Below are positions 1 to 8,767 of a stretch of 32,000 nucleotides of DNA, in pieces. A program made the position numbers and the translations under genes. The notes under the pieces are model-generated. The model was not told where the DNA came from, ran no database searches, and was given only the letters and a program-made list of their open reading frames with translations. Source of the stretch: a bacterium. Its GTDB lineage: Bacteria; UBP7; UBA6624. The first letter of the stretch is position 1. Each line of letters starts with the position of its first letter. The stretch covers positions 110,425-142,424 of the forward strand of contig PBAU01000005.1 in assembly GCA_002716355.1 (NCBI GenBank), written 5' to 3'.

Positions 1-1314
1 GGCTTACCCGATGTCGAAGAAGACCATCCATTAAACCTTAGGGAAAACAGAAGGCTTGGAATGCTAAGGTACAAAACCCAAGTTGCAAAGGAGCATGGAG
101 CCTCAGCAGCCCTATTCATATATCTTGGATCAGATAACCCAGGAGGCTTAATTGATATCGGTGGAACCATAAGGTGGGGAGCCTCATCTCTTCCTATAGG
201 ACTTGTGACATCAGAAGTCTACACAGAAATATTTGATGATGCTGCTGACTGGGATAAACCCATAAAATCAAAAAAATCACCCAGTGAAAACACACTATCA
301 TTCTCAACCAAGGTTGAACTTGATTACGTGACTGCTTTTAACGTAATAGGTTACCTGGATAGCGGCAAGGATAAAACTTTTGTAGTTGGTGGACACAAAG
401 ACCATATGGGGACAAACAGCTCTGGAGAGGTTTACTGGGGAGCTGATGATAATGCAAGTGGTACGGCAGGAGTTCTAGAGTTGGCAAATTATTATTCCCA
501 CATGCCGGCAGAAGAAAGGCCCGGAAACTTTTACTTCATGCTGTTTGATGCAGAGGAAATGGGACTTTTGGGAAGTAGGTATTTCACCAACAATAATCCT
601 GAAATAATGGAAAAGTTAGATTTCATGCTGAATCTTGATATGGTAGGCAGATATTCCGATAATGAAAAAATACTCATGGGTGGAATAAACAGCTCTGAAA
701 TTTTTGAAAGTGATGAATTCTGGTCTGAACTTACAGCGCTAAATGAAAATTTGAATTTTGAAAAATCAACTTTTGGTGATGGTAGGTCTGACCACGCGCC
801 ATTCATAGACAAAGGAGTTCCAGCAATGTTCATTTTCACTGGAATACATGATGACTACCATACACCAGCTGATACACCTGATAAAGTTGATTATGAAGGC
901 TTGGAGGAGATTGGAAAGTTTTCAATATCATTGCTCGATTTAATTGCATCAACAATGGAGTCAAAAACCCCCCATAGTGAAAAGGTTGCACCTTATACTG
1001 GTGAAGAGGAAGGGGATGAGGTTATGCCTGCAGACGGGTGGAGATCATGGTTTGGATCTATGCCTGACTATGCAGATAGTGGCGATTCAGGGTATCTTAT
1101 TGGCGGAATCTCAAAAGAATCCCCAGCCGAAAAAGCTGGACTACAAGCAAAAGACAGAATAATCAAGATAAATACAACTGAAATAAAAAATCTAGAAGAT
1201 TTCATGTATGCTCTTAACAAATACAAGCCAGGCGAAACGATTAAAGTCAAATTCATTAGAGAAAATCAGGAATATGAAGTCAATTTAACGTTAGAGAGTC
1301 GTCAAGACAGATAA
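1..1314 (+). CDS. M28-family zinc aminopeptidase with PA-like region and C-terminal PDZ domain (5' end cut by window edge)
   Basis: The frame is open from nt 1, with no stop before the ATG at 61, so the CDS enters from upstream. M28 metal-ligand motifs are present: GGHKDH, GADDNASGTAG, FDAEEMGLLGS, NLDMVG, RSDHAPF. The C-terminal GYLIGGISKESPAEKAGLQAKDRIIKIN...IKVKFIRE is PDZ-like. Confidence 0.8.
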   Translation, partial: GLPDVEEDHPLNLRENRRLGMLRYKTQVAKEHGASAALFIYLGSDNPGGLIDIGGTIRWGASSLPIGLVTSEVYTEIFDDAADWDKPIKSKKSPSENTLSFSTKVELDYVTAFNVIGYLDSGKDKTFVVGGHKDHMGTNSSGEVYWGADDNASGTAGVLELANYYSHMPAEERPGNFYFMLFDAEEMGLLGSRYFTNNNPEIMEKLDFMLNLDMVGRYSDNEKILMGGINSSEIFESDEFWSELTALNENLNFEKSTFGDGRSDHAPFIDKGVPAMFIFTGIHDDYHTPADTPDKVDYEGLEEIGKFSISLLDLIASTMESKTPHSEKVAPYTGEEEGDEVMPADGWRSWFGSMPDYADSGDSGYLIGGISKESPAEKAGLQAKDRIIKINTTEIKNLEDFMYALNKYKPGETIKVKFIRENQEYEVNLTLESRQDR

Positions 1315-1325
1315 AATTAAGAAAG

Positions 1326-2135
1326 ATGGGAATTCTTGAAGGCAAGAAAGGGCTGATTGTTGGTATAGCCAACAAGCATTCAATAGCTTGGGGTATTGCA
1401 AAAGCATGCGTCAAGCAAGGCGCTGAATTAGCGTTTTCCTACCTGGAGCCTTTTGAAAGCAGGGTCAGGAAGCTCGCTGAAGAGCTGGGTTCAGAGCAGG
1501 TTTTTGAGCTGGATGTCACAAATGATCAACATCTACAAAATGCTCCCAAGGAAATAGAAAAAAGGTTTGGAAAAATAGATTTTCTTGTCCATGCTGTTGC
1601 AATGGCAAAAAAAGAAGAACTGGCAGGAAGATTTGTCGACACGACACGAGATGGATTCAAACTTGCTCTAGATGTTAGTGCATGGTCGTTAATTGGATTG
1701 ACGAAGGCACTTCTTCCCGTCATGCAGAATGATGCTTCGGTACTGACAATCAGCTATCTTGGTGCAGAAAGGGTTATTCCCAACTATAACGTTATGGGAG
1801 TTGCAAAAGCAGCACTTGAATCTTCAGTCAAATATCTTGCAAATGATCTTGGTCCAGAAGAGGGCATACGTGTCAATGCTATATCGAGCGGTCCTGTTAA
1901 AACACTATCTGCTTCAGGGATTGGTGACTTTGGGCAAGTCCTAAAATGGCAAGAGAGCACATCACCCTTAAGGGGAAATCTTTCTTTAGATCAGCTGGGG
2001 CCAACAGCAACATTCCTTCTTTCCGATCTGTCTGCTGCAATAACCGGTGAAACCGTTCACGTTGATATGGGTTATCACATCATGGGTTCTGCCAGCCTTG
2101 GTGCAATCAAAAGATTAAAAGATCTAGAAAAATGA
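1326..2135 (+). CDS. fabI: Enoyl-[acyl-carrier-protein] reductase (NADH), FabI
   Basis: The N-terminus LEGKKGLIVGIANKHSIAWGIAKACVKQGAELAFSY is classic for FabI. The SDR-type active-site region YNVMGVAKAALES and GIRVNAISSGPVKTLSASGI is also present. Length is 269 aa. Confidence 0.9.
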   Translation: MGILEGKKGLIVGIANKHSIAWGIAKACVKQGAELAFSYLEPFESRVRKLAEELGSEQVFELDVTNDQHLQNAPKEIEKRFGKIDFLVHAVAMAKKEELAGRFVDTTRDGFKLALDVSAWSLIGLTKALLPVMQNDASVLTISYLGAERVIPNYNVMGVAKAALESSVKYLANDLGPEEGIRVNAISSGPVKTLSASGIGDFGQVLKWQESTSPLRGNLSLDQLGPTATFLLSDLSAAITGETVHVDMGYHIMGSASLGAIKRLKDLEK

Positions 2136-2552
2136 ATGCTTACTAACGAGCAAAAAGAAACAACATCAAACATCATTGCCACAATAGAAGAAAATATACC
2201 TTCTGGATTTGAAAAAACAACTAATTACGGAATGCCGTCATTTGTAGTTCCAAAATCAATTTATCCAGATGGCTATCATTGCGACAGCAGTCTTCCTGTC
2301 CCATTCATATCAATTGGAAGCAGGAAATCAGGAATAAGTCTGCACCACATGGGTCTTTATGCTGATAGCAACTTAACAATTTGGCTTAAAAAAGAATGGC
2401 CGAAACATATGAAAACAAAAATAAACATGGGAAAAGGATGCATCAGATTCAAGAATATCAAGAAAATACCATACAAACTTATTGGTGAACTTGTATCAAA
2501 AATGACTGTTGATGAATGGGTTGATATTTATAAAAAAAACGTAAAAAACTAA
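2136..2552 (+). CDS. DUF1801 (YdhG-like) domain protein
   Basis: The ATG directly follows the fabI TGA. The layout MPSFVVP...GISLHHMGLY...GKGCIRFKNIKKIPYKLIGELV resembles the DUF1801 family. Assignment is from recall only. Confidence 0.5.
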   Translation: MLTNEQKETTSNIIATIEENIPSGFEKTTNYGMPSFVVPKSIYPDGYHCDSSLPVPFISIGSRKSGISLHHMGLYADSNLTIWLKKEWPKHMKTKINMGKGCIRFKNIKKIPYKLIGELVSKMTVDEWVDIYKKNVKN

Positions 2553-3394
2553 GGTTTTATTAAATCCCAATCAGGCATCTCTTCGATAAGACCTTTTTCA
2601 AAAGCTAATTTAAAAAGAAGATTGACAGCAGAAACGCCCTCATTACCAAGGCTTATCGTTTTGTTGTTAACATACATTTTGATGAAACGATCATTCTTAT
2701 CTTCGCTCAAACCTCTTCCAAAATCCCTGGCATAATCATTTGTTTCCTGTCGATTCTTCTCACCCCACACTATGCTATCCAAAAGTATCTTGGCCATTTT
2801 CTTTGCTGTTTCAGGATCGACATCCTTGCTAATTGCATTCGTTCCCAAAGGCAAAGGCAAACCCCCACTCTCCTTGTGCCACAACTCTCCATAATCAACA
2901 ACCTTCTTGAAACCCTCTTCCTCATAGGTTATCTGGCCTTCATGTATCAAAAGCCCTGCATCGACATCTTTATTTTTCACAGCTGCCATAATCTCATCAA
3001 ACGGAACAAACTCCTCAACAAAATTTGATGCAAAGATCCTCATTATCAGAGTTGCAGTTGTGTGACGGCCCGGCAATGCAACCTTAGCTCCCTTTAAATC
3101 AGGAAATGAAATATCTGAATCTTTATTTGCTATAAGGACAGGACCATAACCCAAGCCCATTGAAGCTCCTGGGTCCAAAACAGCATAACTTTTATACACT
3201 TTTGAAAGAAGGTGCCAAGATATTGCTGTCATCTCTAACTCTCCATTCAAAGCCCTGTTGTTCAGACTTTCAATATCCTCGACACACTCTTTAATCTTCA
3301 AACCTTGGTTGTCTATCTTGTCATTAAGCATTGCGTAAAACATGAAAGCATCATCAGGGTCTGGAGAATGGCCAATACGAATTATGTTAGACAT
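2549..3394 (-). CDS. MqnA/MqnD/SBP-family protein (futalosine-pathway-like, e.g. 1,4-dihydroxy-6-naphthoate synthase family)
   Basis: The N-terminus IRIGHSPDPDDAFMFYAML is typical of the MqnD-type periplasmic-binding-protein-fold family. Length is 281 aa. No other mqn genes are in the window. Confidence 0.6.
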   Translation of the reverse strand: MSNIIRIGHSPDPDDAFMFYAMLNDKIDNQGLKIKECVEDIESLNNRALNGELEMTAISWHLLSKVYKSYAVLDPGASMGLGYGPVLIANKDSDISFPDLKGAKVALPGRHTTATLIMRIFASNFVEEFVPFDEIMAAVKNKDVDAGLLIHEGQITYEEEGFKKVVDYGELWHKESGGLPLPLGTNAISKDVDPETAKKMAKILLDSIVWGEKNRQETNDYARDFGRGLSEDKNDRFIKMYVNNKTISLGNEGVSAVNLLFKLAFEKGLIEEMPDWDLIKP

Positions 3395-3431
3395 CGAAGT
3401 TCAATCCTACCCTTTTACAATCTATATTGCT

Positions 3432-4121
3432 GTGAAAAAAGAACTGCTTTGTATATTTTTGGCATTAACTGCATTCATACCCGCAGGAGAGTATGGTCCT
3501 GGTGGAATCCTTATGCCTGACATCAGCAAGTCCAGAGGACTTGCTGGAAGCCTGTCCACAGACGGCTTTTACCCAGATGGAACCATAAAAATGAACCTGA
3601 ATTGGAACGAAGATCCTTTGACTTGGAACTGGTTCTGGGCAAAAGACTGGAAGGAAGACACTTTTGAAAAGTATGGGTTCAGCTTTAGGTATGTTCCATT
3701 TGAAAACTTTTCAAAAATAAAAACTGCATTCTTTGTCACCCCGTACTATTGGGAAACAACAGATGAAGGAAGTGCATCTTCTCAATTTGGAATCAATATG
3801 CAGTATCTAATCGAATCAAAAGAAAACATAATGATTTCCTTTGGAACTTCTTACGGTCACGATACTGCTTTTGGTAGCGACAACACTGAAATGGAGCCGA
3901 TTTTTTCAATTGGAAAACAATTCAACAAATCAAAAATACGAGCAGAATTTAGAGGAGGTGGAGATAAGTCATTACCGAAAAAAACAGCATTTTCAATTGA
4001 ACAGGATGTAGGCAAAATTAATATCTGGCTAGCATATACAACAATAACAAATCTGGATGAAACAATCGAAAACGGAATATCTGTGGGACTTAGCATGGGT
4101 CTACCATGGCCTCTAAAATAA
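3432..4121 (+). CDS. Hypothetical secreted or outer-membrane protein (Trp/aromatic-rich)
   Basis: The long ORF is in the same frame as track ORF 3342..4121. I prefer the GTG at 3432 because VKKELLCIFLALTAFIPAGE then forms a signal peptide and the overlap with the divergent gene disappears. I recognise no family. Confidence 0.5.
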   Translation: MKKELLCIFLALTAFIPAGEYGPGGILMPDISKSRGLAGSLSTDGFYPDGTIKMNLNWNEDPLTWNWFWAKDWKEDTFEKYGFSFRYVPFENFSKIKTAFFVTPYYWETTDEGSASSQFGINMQYLIESKENIMISFGTSYGHDTAFGSDNTEMEPIFSIGKQFNKSKIRAEFRGGGDKSLPKKTAFSIEQDVGKINIWLAYTTITNLDETIENGISVGLSMGLPWPLK

Positions 4122-5174
4122 TTGAAAACTGAATTCAAGAAACCATTACTAGATTGGTATCGTAAAAATTCAAGAGAATTGCCTTTTCGAGGGTCAAAAG
4201 ACCCTTGGAAAATCCTTGTTTCCGAAATTATGCTTCAGCAAACAACAATGGAAACGATACTAAATCGATATCCATTATTCATCAAACAATTTCCAACAGC
4301 TTCATCACTTGCAAAATCTTCTGAACAGGAAGCTCTAAAAGCCTGGGAGGGTCTTGGGTACTACAGAAGGGTTAAAAACTTGAGAAAAACAGCTCTGATA
4401 TGCCATAAAAAATTCAATGGAAAATTACCAAAAAAATATTCTGAGCTAATTCTTTTACCCGGAATAGGCGAATATACAGCATCCGCAATCTCATCAATAT
4501 GCCACAATGAAAAAAAAGCTGCAATCGACGGCAATGTAACGAGAGTTGTTTCAAGATTTTTCTCAGTAAAAGAAAACATCAACAAAAGCATAGGCTTAAA
4601 AAAAATAAAAAAACTAGCTAATCAAGTTTTAAATGCTGAAAATCCTGGAGATCACAATCAAGCAATAATGGATTTAGGCTCAATGGTATGCACGCCAAAA
4701 AATCCAAAATGTCTCTCTTGCCCCTTGTCTAAACATTGTCATGGTTTCAACTCTGGTGATGCGACAAGATATCCTGTAAAAAACAAAAAAAACAAATCCC
4801 CTGAGTTTGATGTTGCAATAGCATCAATAAAAGAAAATGGAAAAATCTTGCTTGTTCAGAGACCAGCAGGAACCATGCTTGAAGGTTTATGGGAATTGCC
4901 TGGAGGCAAGGTTGAAAAAAACGAATCAATCATGGAAGCCTGCGTGAGAGAGATAAAAGAGGAAACTGGCATGTCGATCAAAGTGAATCGAAAATTGGGA
5001 ATGGTAAAACACGCGTACACACATCTGAAAGTTAGACTGCACATATTTGAAGCATCCATTAAAAATCAAGAAGATGACGGCAGCAGAAAGCTAATATGGT
5101 CAAATATAAATGAAATTGAGACGCTCCCAATTCCTACAGGAACAAAAAAAGCTCTATCTATAATTAAGAAGTAA
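4122..5174 (+). CDS. mutY: A/G-specific adenine DNA glycosylase MutY with Nudix-box-containing C-terminal domain
   Basis: Contains VSEIMLQQT (catalytic Glu), HhH-GPD LPGIGEYTA, AIDGNV (catalytic Asp) and the Fe-S loop CTPKNPKCLSCPLSKHC. The C-terminal domain has HAYTH (FSH-like) plus a full Nudix box. The only available start is the TTG at 4122, directly after the upstream TAA. Confidence 0.85.
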   Translation: MKTEFKKPLLDWYRKNSRELPFRGSKDPWKILVSEIMLQQTTMETILNRYPLFIKQFPTASSLAKSSEQEALKAWEGLGYYRRVKNLRKTALICHKKFNGKLPKKYSELILLPGIGEYTASAISSICHNEKKAAIDGNVTRVVSRFFSVKENINKSIGLKKIKKLANQVLNAENPGDHNQAIMDLGSMVCTPKNPKCLSCPLSKHCHGFNSGDATRYPVKNKKNKSPEFDVAIASIKENGKILLVQRPAGTMLEGLWELPGGKVEKNESIMEACVREIKEETGMSIKVNRKLGMVKHAYTHLKVRLHIFEASIKNQEDDGSRKLIWSNINEIETLPIPTGTKKALSIIKK

Positions 5175-6214
5175 TGATTTTTATATATTTGATGGCTGGA
5201 GGATCAGGATCAAGATTGTGGCCACTTTCAGAAACACATCCAAAACCACTATTAAAGCTTCTACCCAATGGAAAAACAATCCTTGAAGAAACAATCAAAA
5301 GAATAGATTCATTGGATCAACAAACAAAAATCATATTAGGCATTAACAACAGCCATAAAAAACTTTTTGAAGACTTCCTGAAGAGAAAAAAAATAAAAAA
5401 TATCGAATTGCTTGTTGAACCATGCGCTAGAGATACAGCAGCAGCAATAATCTATTTTTCATACTGTTTAGCAAAGGGGGAGTACGGAGGCTCTGTTGAA
5501 AGCACTGTCCTGGCAACCCCATGCGACCAAGTCTTGGATAGCAATGATGTATTTTCTGATGCAGTTAACTCTCTCTTAAAGCTCAATGCTGAAAAAAAAC
5601 TTATGACAATTGGTATCAAGCCTCATTTTGCAAGCACACAATATGGCTATATCAAAACTGCAAAAGAAATAATGCCAAATGTATTCTCGGTAGAAAAATT
5701 TATAGAAAAACCAAATCAAAAAAATGCTAAAAAATACGTTAATGATGGGATGTATTGGAATAGTGGCACTTTTTTATTTTCAGTTGAAAAAATCATAAAG
5801 AGCACTGAGGATTTTTGCCCTGATTTACTAGAGAAGGTCAAAAAAACATTTAAAAAATCAAAAAACAAAAAAGAACCTGCAGCATCATTTTCAGAGATTC
5901 CAAAAATATCTTTTGATTATGCTATTGTCGAAAGAGAAAAGGATATTTGTATGTCGAAATGCGATACAAGGTGGAGAGATCTTGGAAACTGGAAAGAAGT
6001 TGTTGATTTTTTTGAAGAAAAAGGAGAAATTAAAAATTTGAAATTTGAAGAATTTGTATCAAAAAACAACACTGCAATATCAGAAAAAAAGGTAATCTTT
6101 CTAGGGACTGAAGATTTAATAGTTGTAGATGGCCCTAATGGAATACTGGTTGCCAATAAGAACTCTGCTTCTGAATTGAAAAAATACATCAAAAAAACTA
6201 AATCTGACATTTAA
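5174..6214 (+). CDS. Mannose-1-phosphate guanylyltransferase (NTP-transferase family)
   Basis: Contains LMAGGSGSRLWPLSETHPKPLLKL, EPCARDTAAAI and GMYWNSGTFLF. The start overlaps the mutY stop (TAATG). Confidence 0.8.
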   Translation: MIFIYLMAGGSGSRLWPLSETHPKPLLKLLPNGKTILEETIKRIDSLDQQTKIILGINNSHKKLFEDFLKRKKIKNIELLVEPCARDTAAAIIYFSYCLAKGEYGGSVESTVLATPCDQVLDSNDVFSDAVNSLLKLNAEKKLMTIGIKPHFASTQYGYIKTAKEIMPNVFSVEKFIEKPNQKNAKKYVNDGMYWNSGTFLFSVEKIIKSTEDFCPDLLEKVKKTFKKSKNKKEPAASFSEIPKISFDYAIVEREKDICMSKCDTRWRDLGNWKEVVDFFEEKGEIKNLKFEEFVSKNNTAISEKKVIFLGTEDLIVVDGPNGILVANKNSASELKKYIKKTKSDI

Positions 6215-6239
6215 GTTATAGAATTTTGGCTAGTTAAAT

Positions 6240-7169
6240 ATGGCAAATTGGTTAATTGTTGGAGGCACTGGAAGAGTCGGCAGGCATCTTGTTAAAAGGT
6301 TAGCGATGCGTGGTGAGCATGTTATTGTGTCATCACGATCCATTCCCTTGGATCAATCAGAATGGGTACAAGGTGTTGAATTTGTCCACAGTGGAGATCA
6401 AGATACCGGAAAACCATTTCTTGACGCATGGGAAAAGTCAGATGTGGTTGTAAATCTTGTCGGAGAAGATATTGCTCAAAAGTGGACTCCAAAATCAAAA
6501 AAAGAAATAACAGATAGCAGAGTCAATTCCACCAAGATGATATCGTTTCTGTACAAATCACTGAAAAAGAATCCGAAAACATGGATTAATGCAAGTGCTG
6601 TGGGTTATTACGGGTCAACAGGTGAAGCTGCTAATGAAGAAAGTGAAAGCGGAGATAATTGGCTTGCGGAAGTATGCAAAGCTTGGGAAAGTGAAGTCAA
6701 AGCACCGGATGGAGTTAAAACAATCACCTTGCGCATTGGTCCCGTCTTGCAAAAAGAAGCGGGTCCTTTCCCGAAAATGAACCTTCCTTACCTTGCTGGT
6801 TTTGGAGCCTGGCTTGGATCTGGAAAACAATTTTTTCCTTGGATTCATGTTGATGATGTAGTAAATTCAATCATCTTCTTAGAAAAAAACACAGAATCTT
6901 CAGATGTGTTTAATCTTGTTAGTCCTGAGGCAATAACACAAAAGGATTTTTGCATTGCCTTGAATGAAGCGTATGGCAGGCCCAGGTGGCAAATGCAGCC
7001 ACCAATAGCATCTATTATCGTAGGCCGAATAGTCAAAATGGCTCTTGGAAACATGGCTTCACTCTTACTGGAAGGCAGGGAAGTTTCATCTCAGAAAATA
7101 ATTGATGCTGGCTATAAATTCAAATACCCAACAGCATTAAGGGCCTGCAAATCGTTATTGGCAAAATAA
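6240..7169 (+). CDS. TIGR01777/YfcH-type NAD-dependent epimerase family protein (with DUF1731-like C-terminus)
   Basis: Contains a Rossmann motif WLIVGGTGRVGRHLV. The C-terminal SSQKIIDAGYKFKYPTALRACKSLL is typical of this family. Confidence 0.75.
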   Translation: MANWLIVGGTGRVGRHLVKRLAMRGEHVIVSSRSIPLDQSEWVQGVEFVHSGDQDTGKPFLDAWEKSDVVVNLVGEDIAQKWTPKSKKEITDSRVNSTKMISFLYKSLKKNPKTWINASAVGYYGSTGEAANEESESGDNWLAEVCKAWESEVKAPDGVKTITLRIGPVLQKEAGPFPKMNLPYLAGFGAWLGSGKQFFPWIHVDDVVNSIIFLEKNTESSDVFNLVSPEAITQKDFCIALNEAYGRPRWQMQPPIASIIVGRIVKMALGNMASLLLEGREVSSQKIIDAGYKFKYPTALRACKSLLAK

Positions 7170-7176
7170 TTCCTGA

Positions 7177-8226
7177 ATGTTAAAAATCGGTATCATTGGT
7201 CTGCCTTCAAGCGGAAAAACAACTTTATATCAAACTTTAAAAAGAGATAATCCCGATACACATGGCAAAAATGGAGAAAGCATTACCACAACCCCAATAG
7301 AAGATTCAAAATTGGGACAACTTGCTAATATTTACAATCCAAAAAAAATAACGAAAACTAAGATTGAACTTTCTGACGGCTTGCCATCTTCGTCATCATC
7401 CATAAACACAAGAGAAGCGACGAGGTTAAGGAATCTGAATTGTTTTTTTGCTGTTTTGGATTCATTCTCGATAGAAAAAAAAACAAACATGATGAAGCAT
7501 CTGGGCCAAGATATCAATGCAATAATTGAAGAATTATGCTTGCAGGATCTACCTATTGTTGAATCCTCAATAGAAAAAATTTCAAAAGAAAGCAGGAAAG
7601 GCGTAAATGCAAGAGCTCAAGAATTAGAAACTCTAAAAAAAATTAGTGAGGATTTAAATCTGTCTAAACTTCCTGGAATTTCAGAAACTGAAAAAAACTT
7701 TGTCAAAGGTTATCAATTCTTATCTTTAAAGCCAATTCACTTCATTGCCAACATTGATGAAAATAACATCAACTCCAAAGAACTTACAAAAATCAATACT
7801 GCATTAAAAGAAAAATGGCCTTTTTTAAGTTTGGAATATGCATGCTTAGGATTAGAAAAAGATCTTCAAGATCTGGAAGAGGATGAGAGAGGGGTTTTTT
7901 TAGAAGAATACAATCTAAATCAACCTGCTTCTGAAACATTTTTAAAAAAAATATTCATGATTACAGGAAGACATTTTTTCTATACAGGCGGGCCAACTGA
8001 AGTGAGAGCTTGGGATATTCCCGTCAATTCAACAATCCAAGAGGCTGCGGGTGCAATTCATAAAGATCTAGAAAAAAACTTTATAAAAGGTGATGTTTGG
8101 CCATCGGATAAAGTAATTGAATTTGGTAGCGAGTCAAACGCAAAAAAAGAAGGGTTTTGGAGCCTACAAGGAAAAGATTACATAGTAAAAAATGGAGACC
8201 TTGTATTAATCAGGCATTCAGGTTAA
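7177..8226 (+). CDS. ychF: YchF-like ribosome-binding ATPase (divergent)
   Basis: Has the P-loop IGIIGLPSSGKTTL and the NxxE-type specificity motif IANIDE. The C-terminal FFYTGGPTEVRAWDIPVNSTIQEAAGAIHKDLEKNFIKGDV matches the YchF TGS-like domain. The switch regions are atypical. Confidence 0.7.
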   Translation: MLKIGIIGLPSSGKTTLYQTLKRDNPDTHGKNGESITTTPIEDSKLGQLANIYNPKKITKTKIELSDGLPSSSSSINTREATRLRNLNCFFAVLDSFSIEKKTNMMKHLGQDINAIIEELCLQDLPIVESSIEKISKESRKGVNARAQELETLKKISEDLNLSKLPGISETEKNFVKGYQFLSLKPIHFIANIDENNINSKELTKINTALKEKWPFLSLEYACLGLEKDLQDLEEDERGVFLEEYNLNQPASETFLKKIFMITGRHFFYTGGPTEVRAWDIPVNSTIQEAAGAIHKDLEKNFIKGDVWPSDKVIEFGSESNAKKEGFWSLQGKDYIVKNGDLVLIRHSG

Positions 8227-8762
8227 TTCTCAACATTCCAAATATCTTTTTCCTCACCACCATTCTTTCTAGCAAGAATAAACAGGTAATCAGATAGCCT
8301 GTTTAAGTATTTGCCAATTGCTAAATTTACAGATTCAGAATCAGACAAAAGCCAAAAAGATCTTTCAGCTCTTCTCGCAACACATCTAGCAAGATGCAAA
8401 AAAGCAGAAGGTGCCGGACCTCCAGGAAGAATGAAATTCTCTAAAGGTGGCAAATCTTTACTGGCGATTTCAATATTTTCATCAAGTATTGCTAATTTTT
8501 TTTCAGAAAACACAAAACGTTTATTTTTAGATTCAGGAAAGCACAAATCACCTCCTATATCAAAAAGATCATTTTGAATTTTTTCAAGATAATCCTTTGG
8601 TGCAGCCCCTAAACTAATGCAAACACCAATAAACGAATTTAATTCATCAACCTCACCATAAACCACAACTCTCAAATTATGCTTGCTAACTCTTTTGCCA
8701 TCACCCAAGCCAGTCTGTCCGCCATCCCCTTGTTTTGTTACTATTTTAGAGATTCTTGCCAT
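8223..8762 (-). CDS. ATP:cob(I)alamin adenosyltransferase, PduO type
   Basis: The N-terminus KIVTKQGDGGQTGLGDGKRVSKHNLRVVVYGEVDELNSFIG is diagnostic. RLSDYLFILAR lies near the C-terminus. Confidence 0.85.
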   Translation of the reverse strand: MARISKIVTKQGDGGQTGLGDGKRVSKHNLRVVVYGEVDELNSFIGVCISLGAAPKDYLEKIQNDLFDIGGDLCFPESKNKRFVFSEKKLAILDENIEIASKDLPPLENFILPGGPAPSAFLHLARCVARRAERSFWLLSDSESVNLAIGKYLNRLSDYLFILARKNGGEEKDIWNVEN

Positions 8763-8767
8763 TTTTA

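Noticed and set aside
3342-3431. The ATG-initiated 5' extension of the secreted protein ORF (track start 3342), overlapping the divergent mqn-like gene by 53 nt.
   Set aside because: The extension (MKASSGSGEWPIRIMLDIEVQSYPFTIYIA) precedes rather than forms the signal peptide. The GTG at 3432 gives a proper n/h-region and removes the head-to-head overlap.
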